Below are positions 9,681 through 18,609 of a DNA stretch of 64,000 nucleotides, piece by piece. Within the stretch, counting starts at the first letter, position 1. Each line of letters starts with the position of its first letter. A program made the translations under genes and the position numbers. The stretch lies in the sequence record MH221129.1. One strand, given 5' to 3'. The notes beneath the pieces were generated by a model. That model was not told where the DNA came from. It made no database searches and was given only the letters and a program-made list of their open reading frames with translations.

Positions 9681-10523
9681 TTATATCGGGAGATAGTGAA
9701 GGATGAGATTACCAGCATAGTTGCTATTCGCAGCCAGCTTGATAATCGCCACACGCTGATAGTCAGGGTCGTAGCTACTGTTCGGCGTAACGGACACCAC
9801 GCCTTGGTAACGTGCGCCCTGTAGCGCAATCTGACCCGCCTGCGCAGTGTCACCCGTGACATACGCAAACTTCAACGGCACCACTTCATTAAGCAATTCA
9901 ACATCTGCCGCAGTAATCGCCCGGTTATACGCCCAGTCGGTCGTAAACTGCTGTTGCATTTCTGTCCAGTCGTAACCGTAAGAAACGTACTCAGCCTGTG
10001 GCTTATCGGCAATCACAAACGGGGCAATAATCGCACTGAGGTCAACGTCCGTTACGACATCCGCCAAGTTCGGGAAGAACTTCGCAAAGCGTAAGCGGAA
10101 ACCACCCTGCCAGGCTAAGCAGCCCGGTTTGATGATGACATCAATTAACCAACTTTCTCCCAAGTCGGCAACCGATTGGTCTTCGATATCGTCAGCGACC
10201 AATGACAGCCCGTACTTCGCATTCAGGAACGGTAACAACTCAGAGAGCTTGTTTACCGGGTCAGCAACAACAACAGGAATCACGTTCCGGAACAGAATTT
10301 CCATTTCGATACGGTCGTATTCCAGCGTAACGTTACCTTTATAGCCTTTCCCGTTCAACCCGTACAAAAGCACACGAGTGTTACGGTCTGCGCCAGGCGT
10401 CTGGATAGTTTCAGGGAAACCTGTGGCTACCTGATCCCACGTCAGGGGATTAGCAGTCAGTCCGTTTTGACGGTTAATGGAATCTAACAACATCTCTTTC
10501 GAGGGCTTATCGTAAATAGACAC
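9681..10523 (-). CDS. Virion structural paralog (YDR family)
   Basis: LEYDRIE, LNAKYGL, LAWQG, ILHY. Confidence 0.75.
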   Translation of the reverse strand: MSIYDKPSKEMLLDSINRQNGLTANPLTWDQVATGFPETIQTPGADRNTRVLLYGLNGKGYKGNVTLEYDRIEMEILFRNVIPVVVADPVNKLSELLPFLNAKYGLSLVADDIEDQSVADLGESWLIDVIIKPGCLAWQGGFRLRFAKFFPNLADVVTDVDLSAIIAPFVIADKPQAEYVSYGYDWTEMQQQFTTDWAYNRAITAADVELLNEVVPLKFAYVTGDTAQAGQIALQGARYQGVVSVTPNSSYDPDYQRVAIIKLAANSNYAGNLILHYLPI

Positions 10524-10533
10524 CTATACCCTC

Positions 10534-11331
10534 CTAGTTGTTAAAGTGTAAGTTGAGGTTGCCCTGGAAGTTCGTGCATTTGTCGGTCAGTTTTACTGAA
10601 ACGACTTTGGCGAACGCCGTATTTGCGCCAGGTAAATCTGCAGGTACACCATCGAACACGACGGAAGAACCACGCAAGTTGTACGGCGCTGGGGTGTCTT
10701 GTGCAACCCAGATTTCAGAGACACACTTGTTAAGCTCAACCGCTAACGCCGTGTCATCTACTTCGATACCGACCGCTAAGAGGCTCAGGAAACGAGAGAT
10801 GTGGCTGCAGTCAATGTCGCGCGAATAAATATACGCTTGACCCAACTGAGTGTCCTGGTGATCCGGGTACAGCAGACCGCTCAACTCTGTATTGGTTACT
10901 ACTTCTGCCAGAGGTGTAGCAGGTTTCAGTTCGACTACTGCTTGACTTCGCCACTCGTGGGAAGTCGCAACAGCGACAACTGTGTGCTGCTGACCTTCTA
11001 TCGGATTATCTTCAAGATCCTCCGGTAAAATGTTCAGCTGGAATCGTTCGTTAATCGCAGTGAGTAAGTCGTGCGTCGTGTGCACTTCCTCGTCACCGAA
11101 GACGATATCGCCTTTGAGGTAATCCTCTAATGGACGACGATGGTAGTCAACAGTTACCTGTGAACCTTCATCGCCGCGCATTTTTGAGGTGAGGACAACT
11201 TCCGAATCCCGACCGTCTACTGATACAACCTCCGGCAGTCCGATATCAACATCGTCAAAGGTAAGCGGTGGGCTTATCTTATTCTCTTCGTTGATGAGTT
11301 TTAGCAGATTCTGTTTTGAAATAAAAGACAT
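10534..11331 (-). CDS. Virion structural paralog (YDR family), first gene of the array
   Basis: ORF 10534..11481 starts inside a terminator; likely start MSFISKQ at 11331; VDYHRR, ELSGL, NLHFNN; close paralog of 7892..8803 in the C-half. Confidence 0.7.
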   Translation of the reverse strand: MSFISKQNLLKLINEENKISPPLTFDDVDIGLPEVVSVDGRDSEVVLTSKMRGDEGSQVTVDYHRRPLEDYLKGDIVFGDEEVHTTHDLLTAINERFQLNILPEDLEDNPIEGQQHTVVAVATSHEWRSQAVVELKPATPLAEVVTNTELSGLLYPDHQDTQLGQAYIYSRDIDCSHISRFLSLLAVGIEVDDTALAVELNKCVSEIWVAQDTPAPYNLRGSSVVFDGVPADLPGANTAFAKVVSVKLTDKCTNFQGNLNLHFNN

Positions 11332-11432
11332 CGCGTTAACTCGTTGTAAAGGGATTATCGAGGCCGTAGATTCACGACCCCCTGCCAGCATATTAAAGGG
11401 TGCGGTCGTACAGCCACTCACACCCAAATGGA

Positions 11433-11479
11433 CAAAAAAAGAAAAGAAAACAAAAAAAGAAGGGGGACGTAATGTCCCC
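11433..11479 (-). terminator. Rho-independent terminator with ~28-nt U-rich tract
   Basis: GGGGAC/GTCCCC stem at 11463-11479 with A-tract 11433-11461 on plus. Confidence 0.75.
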
Positions 11480-11488
11480 ATAATCTTC

Positions 11489-12214
11489 TTAATCCGTACG
11501 CAGTGCTTCCATCGTTAGATGCCAATAAGGTTTTCGCGTACCGATAGGAGTTTCGAAGCGCTGGGTGATATCACACAACCGCAGCCATCGTGATTTCTGG
11601 GGGATATAAACTTCCACATTTCGATGATCGAAACCCGCCTTTACTGAAAAGACCTTTGCCAATGCAAGCATGTCCTGGTTGTGTGAAATGCTTTTCTTAC
11701 GCAAGTCGGTATAACGTGGGACCTTTTCTTTTCTGAATGTAGAGAAGCGCATCCGTATTTGCATACGGTCATAAATGTCTTTCTCCAGCAGCGCCAACGC
11801 ATCGTTAAAACCGCCGTCGGCAGGCTTATAAAGACGAATCGGCAGGCCATTACCTGAGAGAGACACCACCACAGCCTCAACCATATCCAGCCCGGAGCGC
11901 ATCGTAGCAAGTGGAACGTTTCGAACCTGGGACGCTTCGAGGAATATGAGCTGCTCTGTTTCTTTGTCGTAGTCCATCATACCCAACGTAGACCATTTGT
12001 TCGGCCAGATAAAACCATAACGATTGTAAAAAGCGGCATCAGAACTCGGATATAATATCCGATAGCGTGAAGCGTCACCCACAACCATCATGGCCGTTAT
12101 ATTTTCTGAATTGATGAATACGAATTTCCTGGTTAGCCAGGAGTGTGCCCGCCACGGCATAAGGCTAACATCTATATTACGGTCAATATCTTTATGGTCG
12201 AATTCAATTAACAT
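11489..12214 (-). CDS. Hypothetical protein (241 aa)
   Basis: ORF track; fits minus-strand gene packing, GGAG upstream. Confidence 0.7.
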   Translation of the reverse strand: MLIEFDHKDIDRNIDVSLMPWRAHSWLTRKFVFINSENITAMMVVGDASRYRILYPSSDAAFYNRYGFIWPNKWSTLGMMDYDKETEQLIFLEASQVRNVPLATMRSGLDMVEAVVVSLSGNGLPIRLYKPADGGFNDALALLEKDIYDRMQIRMRFSTFRKEKVPRYTDLRKKSISHNQDMLALAKVFSVKAGFDHRNVEVYIPQKSRWLRLCDITQRFETPIGTRKPYWHLTMEALRTD

Positions 12215-12231
12215 ATCTTAACTCCAGAGAT

Positions 12232-12453
12232 TTAGCAGACCCACACGAGGCCATTATTCTTTGGGCGGTCTTTGACTCCGTACGTAACCTGTACTTCGTC
12301 AATCAGTTTGTCGCCTTCTTTGATAGCTTTCATTACTGCATTGCGTTCGGTATTGGACATCTTCAACAGCAGGTCCAGCATGTCTGGTTTGCGTGCAGTA
12401 GTTTTAGTTTCGACAATCGGTTTGTTAGAAGCTTTAGTGAACAGGTTACGCAT
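12232..12453 (-). CDS. Small hypothetical protein (73 aa)
   Basis: ORF track; AAGGA RBS. Confidence 0.65.
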   Translation of the reverse strand: MRNLFTKASNKPIVETKTTARKPDMLDLLLKMSNTERNAVMKAIKEGDKLIDEVQVTYGVKDRPKNNGLVWVC

Positions 12454-12505
12454 GGTGAATTTCCTTTTTGTCTTGTGAGGTAATTTTTAGAATTAGAATG
12501 ATTGA

Positions 12506-12527
12506 TGGGAGAGCCTAGGCTCTCCCA
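12506..12527 (-). terminator. Perfect 22-bp palindrome TGGGAGAGCCTAGGCTCTCCCA
   Basis: Seen directly, just downstream of 12536..12964. Confidence 0.6.
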
Positions 12528-12535
12528 GTTGTTAC

Positions 12536-12964
12536 TTAGATGACGCGATAAGCAGCGAGTGCGATATTGCGCTGCTCGTAATCCAGTGAAGTCTCGCTGA
12601 ATGACTTGGTGAGTTCAGCGATAGTGCTATCTTTCATCAACTCTTCGCGCCAGTTGTGAATCATGTCACCGAAGGTGCGACCTTCGAGTGGCGGCTGTTC
12701 AATATCGAACACACGTTGGTTGATGAAGTATTGCGCGCGAATATCACGATAGATAGTATCACCCAGTTCGCCTTCCGGGAAATGTTCGCGTTTCGGCAAC
12801 GGGGCATACAGTGCCGCCCGTTTTGCTTCTTTGAGCATGGTCTCGTACTGCTCGATAGAGTAATCGTTCGGGTCCTGGCCATTGACAGAAAGTACAATAA
12901 CGAAAGAGGCAACATTAGGGTTGTTGCGAACGAAGTCACGTAATTCAGCGTTCAGTGTAAACAT
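12536..12964 (-). CDS. Monocistronic early hypothetical protein (142 aa)
   Basis: ORF with TAAGGAG RBS, bracketed by promoter 13019..13044 and palindrome 12506. Confidence 0.8.
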   Translation of the reverse strand: MFTLNAELRDFVRNNPNVASFVIVLSVNGQDPNDYSIEQYETMLKEAKRAALYAPLPKREHFPEGELGDTIYRDIRAQYFINQRVFDIEQPPLEGRTFGDMIHNWREELMKDSTIAELTKSFSETSLDYEQRNIALAAYRVI

Positions 12965-13018
12965 GGTAAATACTCCTTAAGAGGTGATAGTCGAATGAGT
13001 AAGAGTTGATGGTCAACT

Positions 13019-13044
13019 CTCACCTAGGTAATATATATCTGAAA
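13019..13044 (-). promoter_or_regulatory. Early (virion RNAP-type) promoter TTTCAGATATATATTAC-CTAG-GTGAG
   Basis: Contains the phiKZ early-promoter core TATATTAC; 22 invariant positions shared with copies at 37946 and 39421. Confidence 0.8.
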
Positions 13045-13080
13045 TTAATTATAATCATACCGAGACAAAAAAAGAAGATA

Positions 13081-13102
13081 CCCTACTCCCGAAGGAGTAG
13101 GG
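13081..13102 (-). terminator. Terminator, 9-bp stem, UUCG loop
   Basis: CCCTACTCC-cgaa-GGAGTAGGG with A-tract at 13067-13073 on plus. Confidence 0.85.
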
Positions 13103-13113
13103 CACTGCTTATT

Positions 13114-13518
13114 TTATTTCCCAACCAAGCGGACGCCGTCGATTTCCTTTTCAGGAACGAGAGGCACGTAGTGTTTCTTGGTCTTATTCAGCATGAAGGA
13201 ACTGTGGTGATACTCAGCTTTCATTGAGAGATTGACCCGACGTTCGACGAAGGCGTCATCCAACACCATTTCCCCGAAATGGAGGGGCGTCTCAGCACCG
13301 GGATAATTCTTTTTCATGAAGCGCATATACCACCCACCCAAGGCACGGCCAACCATACTGCACTGCGCAGGATTCCCCGAATCGACACATGCCCTAAAAT
13401 ACTGGAATTCCATCTTGACAATTTCAGGATGCTGACGCAGCAACTTCTTACCTACAACAATGCTGATGCGTGGAGAAAGTACCACCATCGCTTTACTACA
13501 CTTGCGCGGTTTAAGCAT
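13114..13518 (-). CDS. Hypothetical protein, MLKPRK N-terminus
   Basis: Likely start ATG 13518 overlapping the stop of the upstream gene (GAAGATGCTTAA). Confidence 0.7.
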   Translation of the reverse strand: MLKPRKCSKAMVVLSPRISIVVGKKLLRQHPEIVKMEFQYFRACVDSGNPAQCSMVGRALGGWYMRFMKKNYPGAETPLHFGEMVLDDAFVERRVNLSMKAEYHHSSFMLNKTKKHYVPLVPEKEIDGVRLVGK

Positions 13519-13756
13519 CTTCTGGTGTCCCTTTAATGAAATTGCCCTGCTCATCGGCCAGTAAAATGTACCCAACACCTGTTGGCCGGAACGGCCTAGA
13601 TTGATCGACTACTTTCGCGGCGTTCAGACCGACTGAGAAACGATGAATACAGCCTAGGGATTTCTTACCACAGTAGACCATTCTGCTACGGTACGGATAG
13701 ACTGACCAATGACGAGAGACAACCACCTTCTTATTCTGTTTGCGCGGCTTAAGCAC
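13511..13756 (-). CDS. Small hypothetical protein, (M)LKPRK N-terminus
   Basis: GTG start at 13756 with AAGGAG RBS. Confidence 0.7.
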   Translation of the reverse strand: MLKPRKQNKKVVVSRHWSVYPYRSRMVYCGKKSLGCIHRFSVGLNAAKVVDQSRPFRPTGVGYILLADEQGNFIKGTPEDA

Positions 13757-13803
13757 TATTATTCTCCTTGTAGAGAGTTGCAAGAGTTATTGATGTTAAA
13801 TTC

Positions 13804-14538
13804 TTATTTCACTTCGGGATGTTCGGAAAGTGAGTCAAGAATAACTGGCTTATATCCAGATTCCGAACGACCTTTTACAATGTCGAGAAGCGTCGTCCCT
13901 TTTGGGGCTTCAGGCGTTGACACCAACATCATGTCAGAAACCGTCCGTGTGCAGCCTTCGGCACCCAGTTGCCATACCGCGTCAGGCGTGACAAGTTTGA
14001 TGTTAGGAAACTTCAAAGCAATCTCTTCCATCTTCGCTTTCAGTGCATCGCCATTCAACAACGGTACAGTTGGTGTCATGTACGCGAACTCGACATCGCG
14101 GTCGAGTACATAGTCACGCAGAAATTTCCGTGCTGTTACCGTGGCTGACACTTGCTCTTTGTTGACGTTAATCCCGATGTCGCTAAAATAGCCCAACGCA
14201 TCTAAAGCGTTATCGGACAATTTATAACGACGTGGTGCTGGGAACTTGCGCATGAAGTACAGCGTGTCACGACCCGGTACCCAACTCAGTACCCATTCCA
14301 TTTGGTTCAAACGGAACAAGTCCCGATAAATTTTCTTCTGCTGGAAATAATCGCCCTTATCTTGGTCGGGCGCATCCACCATTTCACGAAGATGCTTCGC
14401 GACTTTGACCATGGTGCCCCAGTCTACTTTGTAAACGTGCTTCTTGCCAATATAAGCGTTGGCGGCAATCGCGCGTGAAGAACGCGACTTGGTAATCTTA
14501 ACGACCTGGAGTCGTTTTTGTTTGCGTGGCTTTAACAT
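13804..14538 (-). CDS. Hypothetical protein (244 aa), MLKPRK N-terminus
   Basis: ORF track; TAAGGAG RBS. Confidence 0.8.
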   Translation of the reverse strand: MLKPRKQKRLQVVKITKSRSSRAIAANAYIGKKHVYKVDWGTMVKVAKHLREMVDAPDQDKGDYFQQKKIYRDLFRLNQMEWVLSWVPGRDTLYFMRKFPAPRRYKLSDNALDALGYFSDIGINVNKEQVSATVTARKFLRDYVLDRDVEFAYMTPTVPLLNGDALKAKMEEIALKFPNIKLVTPDAVWQLGAEGCTRTVSDMMLVSTPEAPKGTTLLDIVKGRSESGYKPVILDSLSEHPEVK

Positions 14539-14565
14539 GTAAATGCTCCTTAAGGGGGTATTGGG

Positions 14566-14898
14566 CTACGGTCTTACAGCTAACATTTTTCTCAGATCGG
14601 CGACATCGACCTTAACGAGGATAGGCGACGTAGAGATGTGTGCGGAACGGGGTTGCACTTTAAACGCACCAGGTGGAAAAGGTTTGTTAAAATCTTTTAT
14701 CTGGTCACGACGGCGCTTTTCCATTGCACGTTTGGCTAACGTCTTTTCTAAAGGTGTCCACTTCGATGCTAAACCGAGAATGATAACATCGACGATTAAC
14801 TGGTTCTCCTGATACTTAAACGTACCAATGAGCTTCTTACCTTTATAGAGTCGCGCGTGACCCTTCTGGAACACGATCGCCGTTCGTTTCGTTTTCAT
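14566..14898 (-). CDS. Basic hypothetical protein (110 aa)
   Basis: ORF track. Confidence 0.65.
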   Translation of the reverse strand: MKTKRTAIVFQKGHARLYKGKKLIGTFKYQENQLIVDVIILGLASKWTPLEKTLAKRAMEKRRRDQIKDFNKPFPPGAFKVQPRSAHISTSPILVKVDVADLRKMLAVRP

Positions 14899-15205
14899 TG
14901 CTCGTGGTTTCCTTGGTTAAAGGGAAATCAATAACAGGGCACTGCACGCAGTCAGGTGGCAACGAACCACCGCCCAAGATACGCATTATAGTTTCAATCT
15001 CGTGGCGGTCAGTCGGAGTTTGATTTTTGCGTAATAGGTCGAGAATTTGATGCCGTGGGAAATCTTCACGCAGCATATACTCAACCGTGGCAAGGTTGAA
15101 AATGCGTTCGCTTTCCATCTGACGATGGAATTCGTTTTGCACTTCACGCCACGCACGGTAACCTGGGAAATTATCTTTCCACCACTTTCGTATTTTAGAA
15201 ATCAT
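14843..15205 (-). CDS. Hypothetical protein (120 aa)
   Basis: ORF track; 4-bp overlap with upstream gene. Confidence 0.6.
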   Translation of the reverse strand: MISKIRKWWKDNFPGYRAWREVQNEFHRQMESERIFNLATVEYMLREDFPRHQILDLLRKNQTPTDRHEIETIMRILGGGSLPPDCVQCPVIDFPLTKETTSNENETNGDRVPEGSRATL

Positions 15206-15582
15206 TGGAACTCCATCATTCTGCCGGAAAGACCCGCGTAGTCGACAACAACAGTTTCACCTGTGCCTTCGAAACTGAACTTGATAACGCTACCGGTATT
15301 GTAAACCACTGTAACAGGCGCGACAGCAACACCCTGTTTCCGCAGATTTATACAGGCAGCCTGATACATTATCATCTCCAGCTTAACATCACTTCGGAAC
15401 AGACGCATTTCTGTTTGTTCTTCTGAAAAACGTTTGGTGATAACGAACAATAAAATCTCCCCGACCTCACAGGCACCATAGCCGCCTAGGATTGGTTTGA
15501 GAATGACTTCACTATCGCTATCGGGCGGATAGATAATGACTTCTTCTGGGACCACGTATTCCCGGTGGGTGTCTTCAGTCAT
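15202..15582 (-). CDS. Hypothetical protein (126 aa)
   Basis: ORF track; 4-bp overlaps at both ends. Confidence 0.7.
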   Translation of the reverse strand: MTEDTHREYVVPEEVIIYPPDSDSEVILKPILGGYGACEVGEILLFVITKRFSEEQTEMRLFRSDVKLEMIMYQAACINLRKQGVAVAPVTVVYNTGSVIKFSFEGTGETVVVDYAGLSGRMMEFQ

Positions 15583-15977
15583 TTTTTCACCTCGTAACCG
15601 TGACTACGAAAATACTCGACAGCCGCAGAACGTCTACCCGGATAAGAGAGTTTCTCGTAAAGCAGCTTTAAAAGGGCGTCTGGACTCCACCGCTGCTCTA
15701 AGAAATAAATCAGCGCTCCTAAGTTCCACCCTAGCATCTCTTCACGAATGTCTGCTTCTTTCTGGGCCTCCTTTAACTGTTCACTTAACTTACGATTCTC
15801 AGATTGCAGTTCTGAAAGCTGGCGTGTGAGTTTGCGTTGAGTTTCCAGCCCTTCGCGTATATGTTTCTCCCACACCTCTTTCGAAGCCCCTAACTCAATC
15901 TTTGAGATGCTTAATTCCAGCTCGAGGACATCCACCCGGTGACGTAGACGATTCCTCTCTCGGAACACTCCGAACAT
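15579..15977 (-). CDS. Coiled-coil hypothetical protein (132 aa)
   Basis: ORF track; heptad-like E/K/L-rich centre; GAGGAG RBS. Confidence 0.7.
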   Translation of the reverse strand: MFGVFRERNRLRHRVDVLELELSISKIELGASKEVWEKHIREGLETQRKLTRQLSELQSENRKLSEQLKEAQKEADIREEMLGWNLGALIYFLEQRWSPDALLKLLYEKLSYPGRRSAAVEYFRSHGYEVKK

Positions 15978-16042
15978 GCTTTCTCCTCGCTATTGCGTTG
16001 TCAATTCGATTACGTATTTCAGCTAAAGATAATGCTTTCCAT

Positions 16043-16363
16043 TCAGAACCCATTTCTCCCACCTTGTGCGATATACAAACCACACTGTGCATTTAACGAA
16101 GTAATGTTCGCAATCAGAATCATTACCCCGCCTAACGTGCGGGGCACTCTGGCCGCTTCGTAAACACGGTCCTGCGTACGGACACAATACTCATCGCCCA
16201 GAAAAGCAATTTCGTAATACTCTGCGCGCAACGGGATAAACGCCTGCAGCAGCCTATCAGCTGTCTGGTAGTCGTCCGTTAATTTCCCGCCCTCGAGTAA
16301 ATATTTTTGAATCTCGGCAATCGTCAGATTCTGCAACGAAGTAGACACCTGCTTCTCCTTCAT
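16043..16363 (-). CDS. Hypothetical protein (alternative GTG start 16348)
   Basis: ORF track; AAGGAG at 16355-16360 favours the GTG start. Confidence 0.7.
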   Translation of the reverse strand: MKEKQVSTSLQNLTIAEIQKYLLEGGKLTDDYQTADRLLQAFIPLRAEYYEIAFLGDEYCVRTQDRVYEAARVPRTLGGVMILIANITSLNAQCGLYIAQGGRNGF

Positions 16364-16706
16364 GGTCGATTAGTGATACTTTGGGATGGTCCTCGTAACG
16401 TAAGGACACTGCACGCTCCATAGCGCGATATAAGCGATTATAGATAACGTTGGGTAGGATACCGAAGTCAACACGACAGAGCATGACACGGTGCATCTTA
16501 GGATGGTAAAATTCACCGTGGTTAATAGCGAGTTCAACAAACCAAAGGCAAAGTTCCCTCGGGCCAGCCCGCGTGTAAATATCCATCACCGCATTGTCGA
16601 ATATTTTACCCGATACCGGTATGTCGCACTGCCTGAATTTCAGTTTCCGAACACCGACACGGCGCAGTTCCTCAGCGATTCCATCGAGGATGGTTCTTAT
16701 TGGCAT
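16257..16706 (-). CDS. Hypothetical protein (149 aa), long overlap with downstream gene
   Basis: ORF track. Confidence 0.55.
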   Translation of the reverse strand: MPIRTILDGIAEELRRVGVRKLKFRQCDIPVSGKIFDNAVMDIYTRAGPRELCLWFVELAINHGEFYHPKMHRVMLCRVDFGILPNVIYNRLYRAMERAVSLRYEDHPKVSLIDHEGEAGVYFVAESDDCRDSKIFTRGREINGRLPDS

Positions 16707-16735
16707 TTTGATTACTCTTGTGTTGTGGTAGCAGA

Positions 16736-17122
16736 TTAACGATTGTAGCCAGTGTACTCGTTAATGGTGCCATCTTTAATGTACATGCCTGGTTTAAGTG
16801 GTGCCGTACGGGGGTCCTTTTCTGAACGTTCGCCGTTACAGCATACGTTCCATTCATTTTCCAGGCGTTCCATTTCACGATAAGCGTACAAACGCACATC
16901 CACTACACGATCGTGCATTTGGCTTTTTGTTTCGCAATACACCGCGTGGTGTTCCAGCTGACTTATCTTCTTGAGAAGAACCTTGTTCAGTTCGATGGCG
17001 GCTTTGGCTATTAATGCATAGCCTTCCCGCTGTTGGTCGGTATCGGACTGCAGCATCGTTAGCTCATGATTTTTCATGTGCTCAATTGCCAATGCAGCTT
17101 CTTTCGATATCTTATCAGTCAT
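16736..17122 (-). CDS. Coiled-coil hypothetical protein (128 aa)
   Basis: ORF track. Confidence 0.7.
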   Translation of the reverse strand: MTDKISKEAALAIEHMKNHELTMLQSDTDQQREGYALIAKAAIELNKVLLKKISQLEHHAVYCETKSQMHDRVVDVRLYAYREMERLENEWNVCCNGERSEKDPRTAPLKPGMYIKDGTINEYTGYNR

Positions 17123-17406
17123 TTCTTAATCTCCGTAAGGTGATACAGACCAATGTTCTGGTCTTGTTCAATTTTAGCAATAAGTTCTTCAGTTAACTGG
17201 AGTTCCGGCGCAGTGTAAATGTGGCCACGACGGTTTAATTCCTGTTGACGCTTCACCACTTCCAGGGCGATGATAGAGGCGGGTGCCAGGTGTTCATTAC
17301 TGGCACGTAAAGCTTTAACCTCTTTCTTCAACTGTGTGTTTTCTTTGTGCAGCTCTTTTTGACGCTTGTTAATCAAGCCAAGTAACCAATCAATCATGGC
17401 CGCCAC
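17119..17406 (-). CDS. Coiled-coil hypothetical protein (95 aa)
   Basis: ORF track. Confidence 0.65.
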   Translation of the reverse strand: MAAMIDWLLGLINKRQKELHKENTQLKKEVKALRASNEHLAPASIIALEVVKRQQELNRRGHIYTAPELQLTEELIAKIEQDQNIGLYHLTEIKK

Positions 17407-17687
17407 TCCTTAAGACTATAACGCTTCGCCCAGACATGTTGTTTTTTGCAATCACGATCGTATATTTCACGAAGTCGTTTTAAGCAAGTAGCGTAGTAGT
17501 CGCGATTCTTTTCTTTCTCGTCAAGTTTATCAACCGTTTGATTGAGCAGTTCTAAATAACGATGCTGTCTTTTCAGACTCTCCATCATCTCGACGTTGAC
17601 GAACTTGCGCAGAGAAAGAGCTTCCTCTGCCTGCTTAACTGCATCGCGATACGGTTTATAAAGGCGTCTTAGTAGCCTGTCGAACAT
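17394..17687 (-). CDS. Coiled-coil hypothetical protein (97 aa)
   Basis: ORF track. Confidence 0.65.
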   Translation of the reverse strand: MFDRLLRRLYKPYRDAVKQAEEALSLRKFVNVEMMESLKRQHRYLELLNQTVDKLDEKEKNRDYYATCLKRLREIYDRDCKKQHVWAKRYSLKEWRP

Positions 17688-17697
17688 TTTCTATCCC

Positions 17698-18222
17698 TTA
17701 CCTTTTGATGTAGATAACGTTGCGGTTCTCAAACCGCGCACACGTCCAGGAAAATTCCCAGTAATGACGTGGTCGGTCAGCGATTCGCATGTCTACTTCT
17801 ATAATACCGTGGCTCTCCAGATTTACCTGGCGGAGGATATTTACGATGGTGTGAAGTTCACTGTGTGGACGATCGGCGATGGTTTCCAGATGTTGATTGA
17901 GTCTGGCTGGTGTTGCCACTGTGCGGATGTGCGTTCGCGTGTCGTCGTCATGCAAGAAAAGATACGACGGGGTGCGAGGCACATACCAGCGCCAGTCACC
18001 GACGTATGGTGCATTCTGATACTCGGACAATGCGCGCATGGCGTTCAATACCACGGAACAACGGAAATACCAAATATCCCACAGGTTGGGGGAGAAGAGT
18101 TCTGAAACTTTAACTTTCAGTGGGTCGATGGTAATTTCCCCTGACGCCAATACTTCCGAGGCTTGTTCAGACTGCAAAATATTGCGTTCCCGTTTGGTGT
18201 ACAGGTTCATTGTGATATCCAC
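17698..18222 (-). CDS. Hypothetical protein (174 aa)
   Basis: ORF track; TAAGGAG upstream. Confidence 0.7.
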   Translation of the reverse strand: MDITMNLYTKRERNILQSEQASEVLASGEITIDPLKVKVSELFSPNLWDIWYFRCSVVLNAMRALSEYQNAPYVGDWRWYVPRTPSYLFLHDDDTRTHIRTVATPARLNQHLETIADRPHSELHTIVNILRQVNLESHGIIEVDMRIADRPRHYWEFSWTCARFENRNVIYIKR

Positions 18223-18246
18223 TTAATACTCCTTAAGGTTTAATAG

Positions 18247-18609
18247 TTATTGTTTTGCCCAGTAATCGGCCAATTTTAGGTTGCCTTTGCCAATGCAAGC
18301 GTTGTTACCCATCTTAGCGATGCCGCGAAGGTGTACAGACGTCACCATTAACTTATCGGCTGTCTCTTCGGTAGGGTTAGCGACACACGCATCGAGAACG
18401 TTAATAAAAGCATCAAGCTCTTGTTGTGGAAACGGTCCATCGGGGTAACCGTGAATGGGGTATACCGCGAACTGACGCACACCGAGACTGTTAAGCTGAG
18501 ATACTACCGCATCAATATCTCGGTCAATCATTACAGTCCCATCGAAACGCATGGGTTTGGCAACACGTATGGTGATGTTGGGGTGTCGGCTGTTTTGAAC
18601 GTTTGTCAT
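18247..18609 (-). CDS. Early hypothetical protein (120 aa)
   Basis: ORF track; 4-bp overlap with upstream gene. Confidence 0.7.
   Translation of the reverse strand: MTNVQNSRHPNITIRVAKPMRFDGTVMIDRDIDAVVSQLNSLGVRQFAVYPIHGYPDGPFPQQELDAFINVLDACVANPTEETADKLMVTSVHLRGIAKMGNNACIGKGNLKLADYWAKQ

Noticed and set aside
8825-11481. Long N-terminal extensions in the ORF track (8825..9868, 10534..11481; also 22572..23183, 23799..24359, 43263..43958)
   Set aside because: The extensions overlap upstream genes or run through terminators; internal starts with a better RBS (or, for 11331, a paralog-like N-terminus) fit better
5231-12527. Palindromes at 5231, 7859 and 12506 as CRISPR repeats or att sites
   Set aside because: Single, differing, intergenic copies with no spacer array; they fit terminators
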